The position numbers and the translations under genes are program-made. Shown here one piece after another: positions 31,568-41,623 of a stretch of DNA of 64,000 nucleotides (position 1 is its first letter; each line of letters begins with the position of its first letter). Source of the DNA: Thermodesulfobacteriota bacterium (GTDB lineage: Bacteria > Desulfobacterota_D > UBA1144); contig JAYYZJ010000012.1 in assembly GCA_036340075.1 (NCBI GenBank), forward strand, positions 6,516-70,515, given 5' to 3'. Below the pieces are notes generated by a model. The model was not told the origin of the DNA, made no database searches, and was given only the letters and a program-made list of their open reading frames with translations.

Positions 31568-32997
31568 TTTTTTACTTCTTTATAATCAGAAAATTTATTT
31601 TTTTTGCCATTAATTTCTTGGTAATCCTCATGCCCCTTTCCCGCAATCAATAATACTTCATTTTTTTTAATATTCTGAATTGACCACATAATTGCTTCTT
31701 TTCGATCAGTGATAATTTTTTTAGGTTTTTCAATACCTTTAATAATATCTTTAATTATACTTACGGGGTCTTCAAATCTAGGATTATCCGATGTTATTAT
31801 TATCTTGTCGGCGAATTTTTCTGCTATGCTACCCATCTTAGCCCTCTTTCCGGTATCTCTATTACCTCCGCAACCAAACAAAACAGTTATTTTTTTATTT
31901 CGAAAATTATCCCTTAAAGATGATATAGATTTTTTTAATGCATCAGGCGTATGCGCATAATCGATAAAAATTTTTAAATCCGTATTCTTAATCTTTTCTA
32001 ATCTCCCTGGTGCACCTTTAAATCTTCTTACCCTTTTCTTTAATTCTCCCGAATCAAGCCCTTTTGTTATTGAATAGGAACAAGAGGCAAGTATGTTTTC
32101 AAAATTATATTTTCCAAACAATTCTGTTTTTATAGAAAATTCTTTGTCTCTGGATTTAATAATTAAATTATTAACATCTTTTTCTTTTGTAATTTTACTT
32201 ATATAAAAATCCGCATCCTTGTTTTTGAGAGAATAAGTTATAGTTGAAATTTGCTTAGGTATCAATGTTAATAATTTTTTCCCCCATTTATTATCTAAAT
32301 TAATGATGGCGAATTTATTAGCCTTCTTACTTTCTCTTAGATTTTCTATAAATAGTTTAGCTTTTGTTTGGAAGTAATCAGTCATATTTTTATGGAAATC
32401 TAAATGATCCCTACTTAAATTTGTAAATATACAAGAGTCAAAATTTGTATAATTTACTCTACACATATCTAATGAATGAGAAGACACTTCCATAAAGACT
32501 TTCTTCATTCTACTTTTTTTCATGTCTTTTAAAATTTTATTTAACTCGTAGGAGTCAGGGGTAGTTAAAGAGGATGGTAGGACTTTTTTAGAATAACTAG
32601 TCTCTATTGTCCCTATTAGTCCAGATTTCTCACCCCATATTATTCTTAATAAATGAGCAATTGATGTTTTACCGTTGGTTCCTGTTATACCGCAAATCTC
32701 AAGATTAGATGAAGGCCTAGAGAAATATTCAGAACATGAATGTGCATAAGAGTCTCTACAATCATCAACTATCAAAATTCTTACAGATTTATTATATATT
32801 TTTGCAACATTTTTTTTGTCTGTAACAATTGCTTTAGCGCCTTTTTTTATTGCATCTTTAATATATTGATTTCCATCTGTTTTGGTCCCTGATATTGCAA
32901 AAAAAACACCACCATTTCGAACTAGTTTTGAATTGTTAGTTATGTTTTTAAACTTCTTTATTTTGTTAAATACTTTATTTGTATTTTTTTTTTGCAT
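31543..32997 (-). CDS. murE: UDP-MurNAc-dipeptide-meso-DAP ligase
   Basis: MEVSSH, DHLDFH, DYAHTPDA, DAP-specific DNPR, AGKGHE. Confidence 0.96.
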   Translation of the reverse strand: MQKKNTNKVFNKIKKFKNITNNSKLVRNGGVFFAISGTKTDGNQYIKDAIKKGAKAIVTDKKNVAKIYNKSVRILIVDDCRDSYAHSCSEYFSRPSSNLEICGITGTNGKTSIAHLLRIIWGEKSGLIGTIETSYSKKVLPSSLTTPDSYELNKILKDMKKSRMKKVFMEVSSHSLDMCRVNYTNFDSCIFTNLSRDHLDFHKNMTDYFQTKAKLFIENLRESKKANKFAIINLDNKWGKKLLTLIPKQISTITYSLKNKDADFYISKITKEKDVNNLIIKSRDKEFSIKTELFGKYNFENILASCSYSITKGLDSGELKKRVRRFKGAPGRLEKIKNTDLKIFIDYAHTPDALKKSISSLRDNFRNKKITVLFGCGGNRDTGKRAKMGSIAEKFADKIIITSDNPRFEDPVSIIKDIIKGIEKPKKIITDRKEAIMWSIQNIKKNEVLLIAGKGHEDYQEINGKKNKFSDYKEVKKCLKEIKY

Positions 32998-33001
32998 ATA
33001 C

Positions 33002-34906
33002 TCAGAAGCCCGGCTCTAGGAATAGAATAATCTCTTCATTGAATTTATATTTTTCTCCAGGTGAAGGATTTTGACTTTGCACAAACCCCGACCCTTGGAT
33101 TTTAATTTTAACATTGTTGTGATTAGCAATCATTATTGCTTCTCTTTTACCACGACCAATAAATGATGGGACCTGATTACTTACAGCCATTTTCTCAACA
33201 CCTTCTACGTTAGTGAGAATCTTTTCTATAGCTTCTTTAAAAATTGGTGCTGCCCATACTCCACCCCAAGGACCTAAATTAGGACCCTGTCTTTTTGGCT
33301 CATCAATTGTAATAACTGAAACCAGCATTGGATCTTCTGATGGGGCAAAACCAATTATTGATACAATATGTTTACTTTTTTCTTTATCGTATCCACCTCT
33401 TGTTGCCTTCTCAGCGGTTCCAGTTTTTCCAGATACATTAATCCCTTTTATTAGGGCTCTAGGTGTTGACTCTTCCAAACTTCTCCTAAGAATTCTTCTC
33501 ATTTTTTTTGCAGTTTCATACTTGAGGACTCTCCTGATTACATTAGCTTTTTTAAGCATTTTAATTTTTCCATCCGAACTCTCGATTGATTTCACTATGT
33601 AGGGTTCTACTAATTCCCCACCATTTGCTATTACGGATATAGCTTGTGCAAGCTGAATAGAGGTTACAGATATTCCTTGCCCAAAAGCTATATTGGCTCT
33701 TTGGATTTCACTCCATTTATCAGCAGGAACCAATATTCCAGCTTCTTCCCCAGGTAAATCTATTCTTGTTTTGTCACCAAATCCTAACTCTTTAAGTTTT
33801 TTATAGTACTCTTTTTTTGGTATTCGCTCCATAATTCTTGATGCGCCAATATTGCTAGAGTATCTAAGGATTCCAGCGATATTTAAATTCTTTTTTGGAT
33901 TAACATCTCTTATTGTATGCCTGCCAATAACTCTGACTCCGTCTCCCACATTGAACGTTTCATCTTCTTTTATTTTATTCTCATTAAAAGCTATGGCTAC
34001 CAAGAGACTTTTCATAACTGAACCGGGCTCAAAATTATTTACTATCGGAAGATTTCTTTTTTGTTCATTTGTGTATTGACGAAATTTGTTTGGATCAAAA
34101 AATGGGTAAGAAGCCATAGCATAAATTTCACCAGTCCTTGGGTTCATTATTATTCCAAAACCTTGTATGGCTTTTGATGCTTTTACTTGTTTTTCTATTT
34201 CTTTTTCTAAAATTAATTGATGATTGCTTCTTAAGGTAAGAATTAAATTATTCCCCTTTCTTCGTTCTTTGGTCTCCTCGGTATTTACTTTAATTTCTTT
34301 GTTTCTGGCATCCATATATACAGAAATCTTTTTCTGTTCACCTCTTAACTCTTTGTCATATTTGTATTCAAGGCCAGCCTGACCTCGGTCGCTATAAAGC
34401 TCTAAGTGCCCAATTACTTGACCTGCCAAAGAATTCTCAGGATAAATTCTTATTGGTTCTTGAGTGATAAAAATATATTTTAAATTTTTCTTTGCCACCT
34501 TCTTGCCTTGCTCTGGTGTTGCAAGTCTTTTTATATAAACGAATCTTTTATTTGTATTAATCTTTTTATAAACTTCTTCCTGAGACATATCTAATACTTC
34601 AGAAAGTATTCTTGCATAATCAATTTTGTTAGTGATTTTTTTTGGGTCCGCAATAATAGATGGCCTCATTTCACTTACAGCCAATTTTACCCCATTCGCA
34701 TCTCTAATCTCTCCCCTTTCCCCATTGAGTATAATCGGGTTTTTTTTGTACCCTTGATAATCCATTGCTTTGTGATCAATTAGTTGAATATGAAATACTT
34801 TTAAGAAAACTATTAATAAACAAAAATATATACAAAGCTTAATAAAACTTAATCTCTTTTTGAAATTAGTTTCATTTTTTTTCATCTTTTTTATAAGCTT
34901 ATTCAT
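33002..34906 (-). CDS. ftsI: Division-specific class B PBP (FtsI/PBP3) with C-terminal PASTA-like domain
   Basis: EPGSVMK (SxxK), SSN, KTGT; N-terminal TM. Confidence 0.95.
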   Translation of the reverse strand: MNKLIKKMKKNETNFKKRLSFIKLCIYFCLLIVFLKVFHIQLIDHKAMDYQGYKKNPIILNGERGEIRDANGVKLAVSEMRPSIIADPKKITNKIDYARILSEVLDMSQEEVYKKINTNKRFVYIKRLATPEQGKKVAKKNLKYIFITQEPIRIYPENSLAGQVIGHLELYSDRGQAGLEYKYDKELRGEQKKISVYMDARNKEIKVNTEETKERRKGNNLILTLRSNHQLILEKEIEKQVKASKAIQGFGIIMNPRTGEIYAMASYPFFDPNKFRQYTNEQKRNLPIVNNFEPGSVMKSLLVAIAFNENKIKEDETFNVGDGVRVIGRHTIRDVNPKKNLNIAGILRYSSNIGASRIMERIPKKEYYKKLKELGFGDKTRIDLPGEEAGILVPADKWSEIQRANIAFGQGISVTSIQLAQAISVIANGGELVEPYIVKSIESSDGKIKMLKKANVIRRVLKYETAKKMRRILRRSLEESTPRALIKGINVSGKTGTAEKATRGGYDKEKSKHIVSIIGFAPSEDPMLVSVITIDEPKRQGPNLGPWGGVWAAPIFKEAIEKILTNVEGVEKMAVSNQVPSFIGRGKREAIMIANHNNVKIKIQGSGFVQSQNPSPGEKYKFNEEIILFLEPGF

Positions 34907-35219
34907 TGTTTATTTTTATCAAGTCCTGTTGGTTTGGATATTTCATACCATTTAAAAATGCTATTTCTTGAATCCTATTCAAAGATTGTAATTTTAATTT
35001 TTCGTTCCTTAATCTTTTATTCGTAATACTTAGCTTTGTTAGTTTTCCTTCTGTTCTGGCTATTTCATATCCTATCTGTCTTTTCTGGGCTTTTATTCCA
35101 ACCAAAACAAATAATAAGCTAGTGCAGACTAATACAAAAATGACTCCAGGTGCAATTATTTTGACTTTGTTTACAATCTTTGACTTAGGTCTAATCAATT
35201 TAATCGAATCAAAGTCCAT
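34899..35219 (-). CDS. ftsL: Cell division protein FtsL
   Basis: One TM plus coiled coil, RIQEIA...GM; between rsmH and ftsI; TGATG overlap with the rsmH stop, GGAGG SD. Confidence 0.8.
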   Translation of the reverse strand: MDFDSIKLIRPKSKIVNKVKIIAPGVIFVLVCTSLLFVLVGIKAQKRQIGYEIARTEGKLTKLSITNKRLRNEKLKLQSLNRIQEIAFLNGMKYPNQQDLIKINNE

Positions 35220-36133
35220 CAACAAGCCTCCCCAATCCTCATCTTCGCACTTCTGGCCTTCTTGTTCATGCCCACTTCTTCTTCAGAAGGAATTAAAGGC
35301 TTCTTTGTTAGTCTTCGGAAAGTCTTTTTTTTGCCACAATTGCATATCATTACAGATTTTGGACATATACATTCTGATTCAGCCTGCTTAAAGAATTGTT
35401 TAACTATTCTATCTTCTAAAGAATGAAACGTAATTATAATGAGCCTCCCCCCTTTCTTTAGAATTGATCGAGATTTACTTAAGAAACTGCTTAAGGAAAT
35501 TAGCTCACCATTAACTTCTATTCTGAGGGCTTGAAATGTTCGTGTAGCTGAATCTATCTTTGTTATTGATTTGTTAGATTGGCGAATTATTTCAGCTAGT
35601 TCAAAACAAGTTTTAATTTCTTTTTTGCTCCTATGTCTTACTATTGCAGACGCAATCTTAAAATGATTCTTTTCTTCACCGAAATTTTTAATCAAATCTG
35701 ATAAATCTTTAATATTGTAATTGTTTACAATTCTATGAGCAGTAAGTTGTTGTTTCTTGTCAATCCGCATATCTAACAAAGATTTTTCATCAAAACTAAA
35801 TCCACGAGATGCGCTAAGGAGCTGGTAGGTCGATATACCTAAATCCGCAATAATTCCATCAACTTTTTCGTTAACTAAATTATCTATGTCTTTGAAATTA
35901 CCTTGGATATAAGTGATATTTTTGGAATGGTCTGATAAATTTTCTTTTGCCATACTTAATGATTCTTCGTCAAGATCAATACAGAACATTTTTTTTGGTT
36001 TTATATCTGATTCCATTATTGCATGAGTATGTCCTCCCATACCCAACGTGGCATCAATATATACAGCATTCTTTTTTTTCTCTAAATTCTTGATAATTTC
36101 GTGCTTCATGACTGGTTCATGATAGCTAGACAT
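35219..36133 (-). CDS. rsmH: 16S rRNA m4C1402 methyltransferase (start revised to ATG 36133)
   Basis: HEPVM, DATLGMGGH, DLGISTYQL, TRTFQALRIEVN, FHSLEDRIVK. Confidence 0.97.
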   Translation of the reverse strand: MSSYHEPVMKHEIIKNLEKKKNAVYIDATLGMGGHTHAIMESDIKPKKMFCIDLDEESLSMAKENLSDHSKNITYIQGNFKDIDNLVNEKVDGIIADLGISTYQLLSASRGFSFDEKSLLDMRIDKKQQLTAHRIVNNYNIKDLSDLIKNFGEEKNHFKIASAIVRHRSKKEIKTCFELAEIIRQSNKSITKIDSATRTFQALRIEVNGELISLSSFLSKSRSILKKGGRLIIITFHSLEDRIVKQFFKQAESECICPKSVMICNCGKKKTFRRLTKKPLIPSEEEVGMNKKARSAKMRIGEAC

Positions 36134-36584
36134 TTTCAATGGTCTCCCTGCTTTTTTGAAATTTTTTAAAGCTTGTCTTGTTGTTTGCTTCCCATGCTTT
36201 TTCTGACCAAATTTCAAACCTAGACAACATACCCACATAGACAATTGAACTCTTAATAGTTAAACCTTTTCTTATAGCGGTAGGAATCATAATCCTTCCT
36301 TCTGTATCAATTTCGCATTCGTTTGCATTGCCTATTAAATATCTTTCGAATTCAACTATATCTGTTTTGAACTGAGGTAGTTCGGATATTTTAGATTCTA
36401 ATTTTTCCCACTCGGACAAGGGATAGCCAACAGCGCATTGATCAAAAGAGGAAATAATAATTTTATTTGTTTTATATTTTTTTCTTAAAATCTCTCTAAA
36501 CCTTACAGGCATACTAGTCCTACCCGAACTTGAAATCTTATGAATATATTGACCTCTAAACACATCTATACCAAAATCTGCCAT
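36126..36584 (-). CDS. mraZ: Transcriptional regulator MraZ
   Basis: FRGQY...GR and IDTEGRIMIP duplicated SpoVT/AbrB motifs; head of the dcw cluster. Confidence 0.93.
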   Translation of the reverse strand: MADFGIDVFRGQYIHKISSSGRTSMPVRFREILRKKYKTNKIIISSFDQCAVGYPLSEWEKLESKISELPQFKTDIVEFERYLIGNANECEIDTEGRIMIPTAIRKGLTIKSSIVYVGMLSRFEIWSEKAWEANNKTSFKKFQKSRETIENV

Positions 36585-36610
36585 AAAATGACAAATTACG
36601 CCTTGATGGA

Positions 36611-36639
36611 ATTGTTACAAAAAAGCTTAATAAAGTCAA
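36611..36639 (-). promoter_or_regulatory. Putative dcw/mraZ promoter TTGACT-17-(TG-T)AACAAT
   Basis: TTGACT at 36639-36634 and AACAAT at 36616-36611 on the minus strand, with an extended TG. Confidence 0.55.
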
Positions 36640-36662
36640 GAAGATAGGTTAGTATTGAGGCG

Positions 36663-36869
36663 ATGGCACAAATTAAATTAAAATTAGAGAGCAAGAAGAA
36701 AATAGTACTTTTTCAGTTTTTGTATTCACAGAATCTACATTTAGGCTGGTCAAGATCAGATAGTTTAAATCCAGAATTCATGACCATATATACAACAGAT
36801 GACTTAATTAAGAAGAATATAGAGATTTTAAAGAAAATTGATAATTATGTGAGCCTTTCTTTGCTTTAG
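36663..36869 (+). CDS. Hypothetical small protein (68 aa)
   Basis: GAGG SD plus ATG; fills the gap between mraZ and the convergent MBL gene, stops 2 nt apart. Confidence 0.55.
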   Translation: MAQIKLKLESKKKIVLFQFLYSQNLHLGWSRSDSLNPEFMTIYTTDDLIKKNIEILKKIDNYVSLSLL

Positions 36870-36871
36870 CT

Positions 36872-37807
36872 CTAGGAAGCTTTTTCGGTTTCAACCAAAT
36901 GTTTAAAACCAGTAATGCTACTTACTAAAGCTCTTCTTAGGCCACCATATTCACCTGGATGTTGTTCTTGAGAAAAAAGTTTACCTGCACCATAGTCGAC
37001 TTTTGAAAGTTCTTTCGCAATTAATTCTTCATCTTGAATTCCTTTTTCTAGAGAATTCGATACTGCTTCTTTCCAAACTTCAAGCTGTTCTATGTGCTGA
37101 CTCATCAAACTCATTCCGCTTTCTCTTAATGCATGATGAGCAAAAGCAAGGCTATCCGGTTTCTTTTCCATCATAGACTTTATCGAGGCTATGCCAGATT
37201 CAATTCTATAAGGTTGAGGTGTAGTTGGAACTAATATGTTTAATGAATTTATATACATGCCTACGGCATCACCACAAAACATTATTTTCTTATTTTCCAA
37301 CATAAAACTAAAATGATGACTTGCATGACCAGGAGTTTCTATCCAACTAAATTCAAGATCATTCACCTTAATTTCATATGTTTTTTCATCTAAAGACACA
37401 AGACATTCTTCTTTAACTGGCTCTGGTTTTTCATACATTTCAGCAACCCATCCAAGAGTATCAACAGAGGATTGCCAAAGAACCTTTTCTGGGTCAACAA
37501 GGTGAGGAACACCTCTTCTATGAACCAAAACCTGAGTGTTTGGAAAGTTCTTTAGTAAAGTCCCTAATCCCCCTGAGTGGTCTAAATGAATATGAGTTAA
37601 AAACACATATTTTAAATTATCTTTATTTACTCCCAATATTCCAAGCTGCCTTTCTAGCTCTGGTATTCCACAGGTTGGACCGACATCAACTATTATATAG
37701 TCATCATTTGCCTTTATTAGATATGGTGCAATAAATTCTTTATCATTATTGACCTTTAAATCTAACTGCCAAATTATTTCATCAAGCTGCCGTATATTTT
37801 TTTCCAT
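36872..37807 (-). CDS. MBL-fold metallo-hydrolase
   Basis: THIHLDHSGG (HxHxDH), TPGHASHH, CGDAVG, FAHH. Confidence 0.9.
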   Translation of the reverse strand: MEKNIRQLDEIIWQLDLKVNNDKEFIAPYLIKANDDYIIVDVGPTCGIPELERQLGILGVNKDNLKYVFLTHIHLDHSGGLGTLLKNFPNTQVLVHRRGVPHLVDPEKVLWQSSVDTLGWVAEMYEKPEPVKEECLVSLDEKTYEIKVNDLEFSWIETPGHASHHFSFMLENKKIMFCGDAVGMYINSLNILVPTTPQPYRIESGIASIKSMMEKKPDSLAFAHHALRESGMSLMSQHIEQLEVWKEAVSNSLEKGIQDEELIAKELSKVDYGAGKLFSQEQHPGEYGGLRRALVSSITGFKHLVETEKAS

Positions 37808-37871
37808 AAGAATATTTTATAATTTTGAATAGTATTTTATATACTTTTACCCCTTAGGTAAAGGGAGCAAC

Positions 37872-39398
37872 ATTATAAAGAGTTTTTTTTCCTCATCAAT
37901 TAGAGTCGGTTTCTTAACATTCATAAGTAGAATATTTGGCTATATTAGAGATTTGCTAATTACTTTCTTCTTTGGTGCAAATGTTGAAACAGATGCATTC
38001 TATGTAGCTTTTAGGATACCAAATTTATTCAGAAGACTTCTGGCAGAAGGAACTTTAAGCGCTACGCTTGTACCTTTTTTTACTGAATCAAGTCTATCTA
38101 AAAATAGAAATGTTTTTAAGAAACTCAGAAATGATGTTTTTACCATTTTATTTATTTTACTTTTGGTAACAACCCTGTTGTTTTATTTCTTTTCCTCCGA
38201 GATTATTTCGTTATTTGCATTTGGATTTGACGAATCTACTAATGAAATATCATCCGACTTATTGAGAAATATGTCACCATTTCTGTTTTTAATATCTTTG
38301 TCTGCTCTAAATATGGGTTTGCTCAATTCAGTTAAAAAATTTAATGCACCTGCTTTTTCACCGGTAATGTTGAACCTGGGAATAATAGGAACAATTATCT
38401 TTTCATATTATTTCTTATCAATCAGCATCTTTACCTTATCATACGCTGTTTTGTTTGGGGCAATTTTACAATACTTGTTCCAATTGCCTTTTATATTGTC
38501 AAACAAACTCGGCTACTTCTTTTCATTTAGTGACATAATTAACAAAGAAACTAGAAGTATTTTTGTGGTAATAGTCCCTCAAATTTTTGGTCTAGCAATT
38601 TATAATCTGAATATTTTAGTTAATACTCAATTTGCTTCATTTATGGAGAAAGGAGCTGTTACTTATCTATATTTGGCCGAAAGATTAATTGAGTTTCCAT
38701 TAGGCATCTTTGCAGTCGCAGTCGCTACTACTTCTTTGCCAGATTTTGCCAAACTTAATATTAATAAAAAATTTGGTGAATTTTCATCCTTACTTAATAG
38801 CAAAATAAAATTTTTATTTTTTTTGTCAACGCCATGTGCTGTAGCCTTTATTTTATTAGGAGAAGAAATTTGTTCCGTACTATATTTAAGAGGAGAGTTT
38901 CTTTATTCTGATGCAATTCTAACCTCAAAAGCTTTGGGAGCTTATTCTGTAGGATTAGTGTTTGTTGGGTCTATAAGAGTATTAACTCAAGCCTTCTATG
39001 CAATAAAAGATACAAAAACTCCCGTATTATTAGCAGGTGCCAATCTGGCTACTAATATAGCTTTATGTTATTTGCTCGGTTTTTATTTAGATTTAGGATT
39101 CTATGGCCTAGCTCTAGCTGCATCAATTTCCGCAATAATCTTGTTCTTTATGTTAGCAATGAAACTGAATTCTTACTTGGGACAAGTTAATATTTATGAA
39201 ATTATTAGATATTTCATAATCATCGTTCTTATTTCTTTAGTTTCAATCTACACAAGCATTTTAATTGTAGGATCTATAGGGCATATATATTCAAACTTAT
39301 ATGTTGATTTAGCACTGGCAATTATCTTCTCCGCATTGTTTTATTTTTGTTTAGCTAAAATAATAAAACTTGATGAATTAAAGATGATTTTTGAATAA
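37872..39398 (+). CDS. murJ: Lipid II flippase MurJ/MviN; start apparently non-canonical (ATT 37872 or ATA 37875)
   Basis: DAFYVAFRIPNLFRRLLAEG; the conserved SRIFGYIRD lies in frame upstream of TTG 37953; AGGGAG SD at 37862-37867. Confidence 0.93.
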   Translation: MIKSFFSSSIRVGFLTFISRIFGYIRDLLITFFFGANVETDAFYVAFRIPNLFRRLLAEGTLSATLVPFFTESSLSKNRNVFKKLRNDVFTILFILLLVTTLLFYFFSSEIISLFAFGFDESTNEISSDLLRNMSPFLFLISLSALNMGLLNSVKKFNAPAFSPVMLNLGIIGTIIFSYYFLSISIFTLSYAVLFGAILQYLFQLPFILSNKLGYFFSFSDIINKETRSIFVVIVPQIFGLAIYNLNILVNTQFASFMEKGAVTYLYLAERLIEFPLGIFAVAVATTSLPDFAKLNINKKFGEFSSLLNSKIKFLFFLSTPCAVAFILLGEEICSVLYLRGEFLYSDAILTSKALGAYSVGLVFVGSIRVLTQAFYAIKDTKTPVLLAGANLATNIALCYLLGFYLDLGFYGLALAASISAIILFFMLAMKLNSYLGQVNIYEIIRYFIIIVLISLVSIYTSILIVGSIGHIYSNLYVDLALAIIFSALFYFCLAKIIKLDELKMIFE

Positions 39399-39440
39399 TT
39401 TCTATTGTGTATAGAATTATTTTGTTTTAACCTAAGCTTA

Positions 39441-39872
39441 ATGAGAGTTCTAGTAATAAATGGTCCCAATTTAAATATGTTAGGAAAAAGGGAAAAGGAT
39501 ATTTATGGTACTCTGACTTTGGATGAAATCAATCAATTGATGACAGACAAGGCAGAAGAATTAGGGATTGAAATAGATTTCTATCAATCTAATGAAGAAG
39601 GGAAGATTGTGTCCAAAATTCAGGAATGTAAAGAGGATGAAGATTTTATAATTATTAATCCAGCTGCTTTTACTCATACTAGCATTGCCATAAGAGATGC
39701 TTTGCTTTCTGTTAAGGTAAAATTTATTGAAGTGCATCTATCAAACATCTTCGAAAGAGAAGATTTCCGACAACATTCTTTTGTTTCTTCAATTGCATTA
39801 GGAGTAATTTCTGGATTCGGACATCATGGTTACATTATGGCTCTCGATGCATTAAGCAATCTGCAAAAATAA
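39441..39872 (+). CDS. aroQ: Type II 3-dehydroquinate dehydratase (start ATG 39441)
   Basis: INGPNLNMLGKRE, NPAAFTHTSIA, EVHLSN; TTGTGT-17-TAACCT-7-ATG upstream. Confidence 0.96.
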   Translation: MRVLVINGPNLNMLGKREKDIYGTLTLDEINQLMTDKAEELGIEIDFYQSNEEGKIVSKIQECKEDEDFIIINPAAFTHTSIAIRDALLSVKVKFIEVHLSNIFEREDFRQHSFVSSIALGVISGFGHHGYIMALDALSNLQK

Positions 39873-39879
39873 AATTACT

Positions 39880-41574
39880 ATGAACTATTGTTGGAACGTT
39901 AAAACTCCAGACCAAGAAAAAATTAAACTTTTGTGTGCCGAGTTAGGCATATCATTCTTCTTTTCGAAACTTTTGGTAAGTAGAGGTTTGTCGGATATTA
40001 ATCAAGTTAAGGAGTTTCTTTCCCCAACATTAGACAAGTTGCCAAACCCTTTCTTGCTTAAAGGTATGGAGAAGAGTGTAGAAAGGATAATTCAAGCAAT
40101 TGAAAGCTCGGAAAAAATTGCTATCTATGGAGATTTCGATTGCGATGGGATTACTTCAACAGCAATTCTTTACGATTTTCTAAAAAGGGTTGAAGGAAAT
40201 GCCGTTTTTTATAATCCTCAGAGAATTGAAGAAGGATACGGAATCAATTTCAAATCAATAGAAAAACTATCAAGTGAGGGAGTAACATTAATTATTTCCA
40301 CAGATTGTGGAATCTCTGAAAACGAAGTAGTTGAAAAAAGCAAAACTCTTAATATAGATTTTATAATTACTGATCATCACACTGCCCCTGAAATTCTTCC
40401 AGAGGCTGTATCTATTGTTAACCCGAAACAATCAGATTGTGAATACCCATTTAAAGAGATTTGTGCTGCTGGTGTTGTGTTCAATTTAATCATGGCCCTA
40501 AGAAGCGAACTTCGTAAAAGAGAGTATTTCGAATTCATTAAGGAACCAAATTTGAAAAGATATTTAGATTTGGTTGCTATAGCAACAATAGCTGACAGCA
40601 TGCCCATAACGAATATAAATAGAATTTTTGTTTCCAACGGTCTTAATGAAATCCCGAAGACTGACAAAAAAGGCCTATTGGCTTTGATAAGAAATAATGA
40701 CAAAAAAAAATATTCTACTAGAGATGTTTCCTTTCAGGTTGCACCAAAGATTAATGCAGCAGGTAGAGTTGGGAAAGCAACTAATGCAGTAAAACTCTTA
40801 GTTGAAGAAAACCCGGAAGAAATAAATTCATTAGTTGCAATAATCGATCAAGATAATTCTAGGCGTCAAAAAATTCAAGAACAAGTTCTAACAGAAGCAA
40901 TATCTATGAGTAAAGATATTATCAAGCAGGATAAAGATAGAAATTCATTAGTTCTTTCTTCGGAAGATTGGCACCCAGGCGTTATAGGTATTGTCGCCTC
41001 CAAGATTTCGGAGAACTTTAGTAGGCCTTGCGCGATTATTTCACTAAAAAATGGAATTGGGAAAGGAAGCTTAAGAACAAGAAGCAATATAAATCTTTAC
41101 CAGGTTCTTAAGGAATGCGAATCTACTTTAGTTCAGTATGGAGGACACAGTGGAGCAGCAGGGATAACTATCGATAATAATGAAATTGAGAACTTTTCGA
41201 AAATATTCGAATCATCTGTACAAAATTACGAACATAAAGAGGAAGAGCGTTTTCCAGATATTGACCTAGATTTTGATGAAATTAATTCAAAAACTCTAAT
41301 TGATTTACAACGAATGGAGCCTTTTGGGCGAGAGAACGAAAACCCAACTTTCGTAACGCATAATTTAAAAATTAAAAGTAAAAAGATTTTAAAGGAAAAG
41401 CATTTAGAAATATTTTTGGAAAAAGAAGAAACTGTTAGAAGAGCAATTTGGTTTAATTTTTCTAAACAGCTTAATGTGGGAGATACCGTAGATATTATTT
41501 ATAGAATACAAAAGGATAATTACAGTAATTACTCAAATATTTCCTTAATAGTTGAAGATTTGAGAAGCACTTGA
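39880..41574 (+). CDS. recJ: ssDNA exonuclease RecJ
   Basis: YGDFDCDG, TDCG, TDHH (DHH), PKINAAGR, GGHSGAAG, EPFG. Confidence 0.96.
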   Translation: MNYCWNVKTPDQEKIKLLCAELGISFFFSKLLVSRGLSDINQVKEFLSPTLDKLPNPFLLKGMEKSVERIIQAIESSEKIAIYGDFDCDGITSTAILYDFLKRVEGNAVFYNPQRIEEGYGINFKSIEKLSSEGVTLIISTDCGISENEVVEKSKTLNIDFIITDHHTAPEILPEAVSIVNPKQSDCEYPFKEICAAGVVFNLIMALRSELRKREYFEFIKEPNLKRYLDLVAIATIADSMPITNINRIFVSNGLNEIPKTDKKGLLALIRNNDKKKYSTRDVSFQVAPKINAAGRVGKATNAVKLLVEENPEEINSLVAIIDQDNSRRQKIQEQVLTEAISMSKDIIKQDKDRNSLVLSSEDWHPGVIGIVASKISENFSRPCAIISLKNGIGKGSLRTRSNINLYQVLKECESTLVQYGGHSGAAGITIDNNEIENFSKIFESSVQNYEHKEEERFPDIDLDFDEINSKTLIDLQRMEPFGRENENPTFVTHNLKIKSKKILKEKHLEIFLEKEETVRRAIWFNFSKQLNVGDTVDIIYRIQKDNYSNYSNISLIVEDLRST

Positions 41575-41599
41575 CATTAAAGATTTTAAGCTACATAAT
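41571..41599 (+). promoter_or_regulatory. Near-consensus sigma70 promoter TTGACA-17-CATAAT overlapping the recJ stop
   Basis: TTGACA 41571-41576, CATAAT 41594-41599; GAGGT SD at 41611-41615. Confidence 0.75.
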
Positions 41600-41623
41600 C
41601 TCAGAAAAAAGAGGTAGTTGTTA

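Noticed and set aside
32984-32993. A10 homopolymer at the start of murE as a phase-variation tract
   Set aside because: Essential gene, frame intact, and long A/T runs are common in this AT-rich window.
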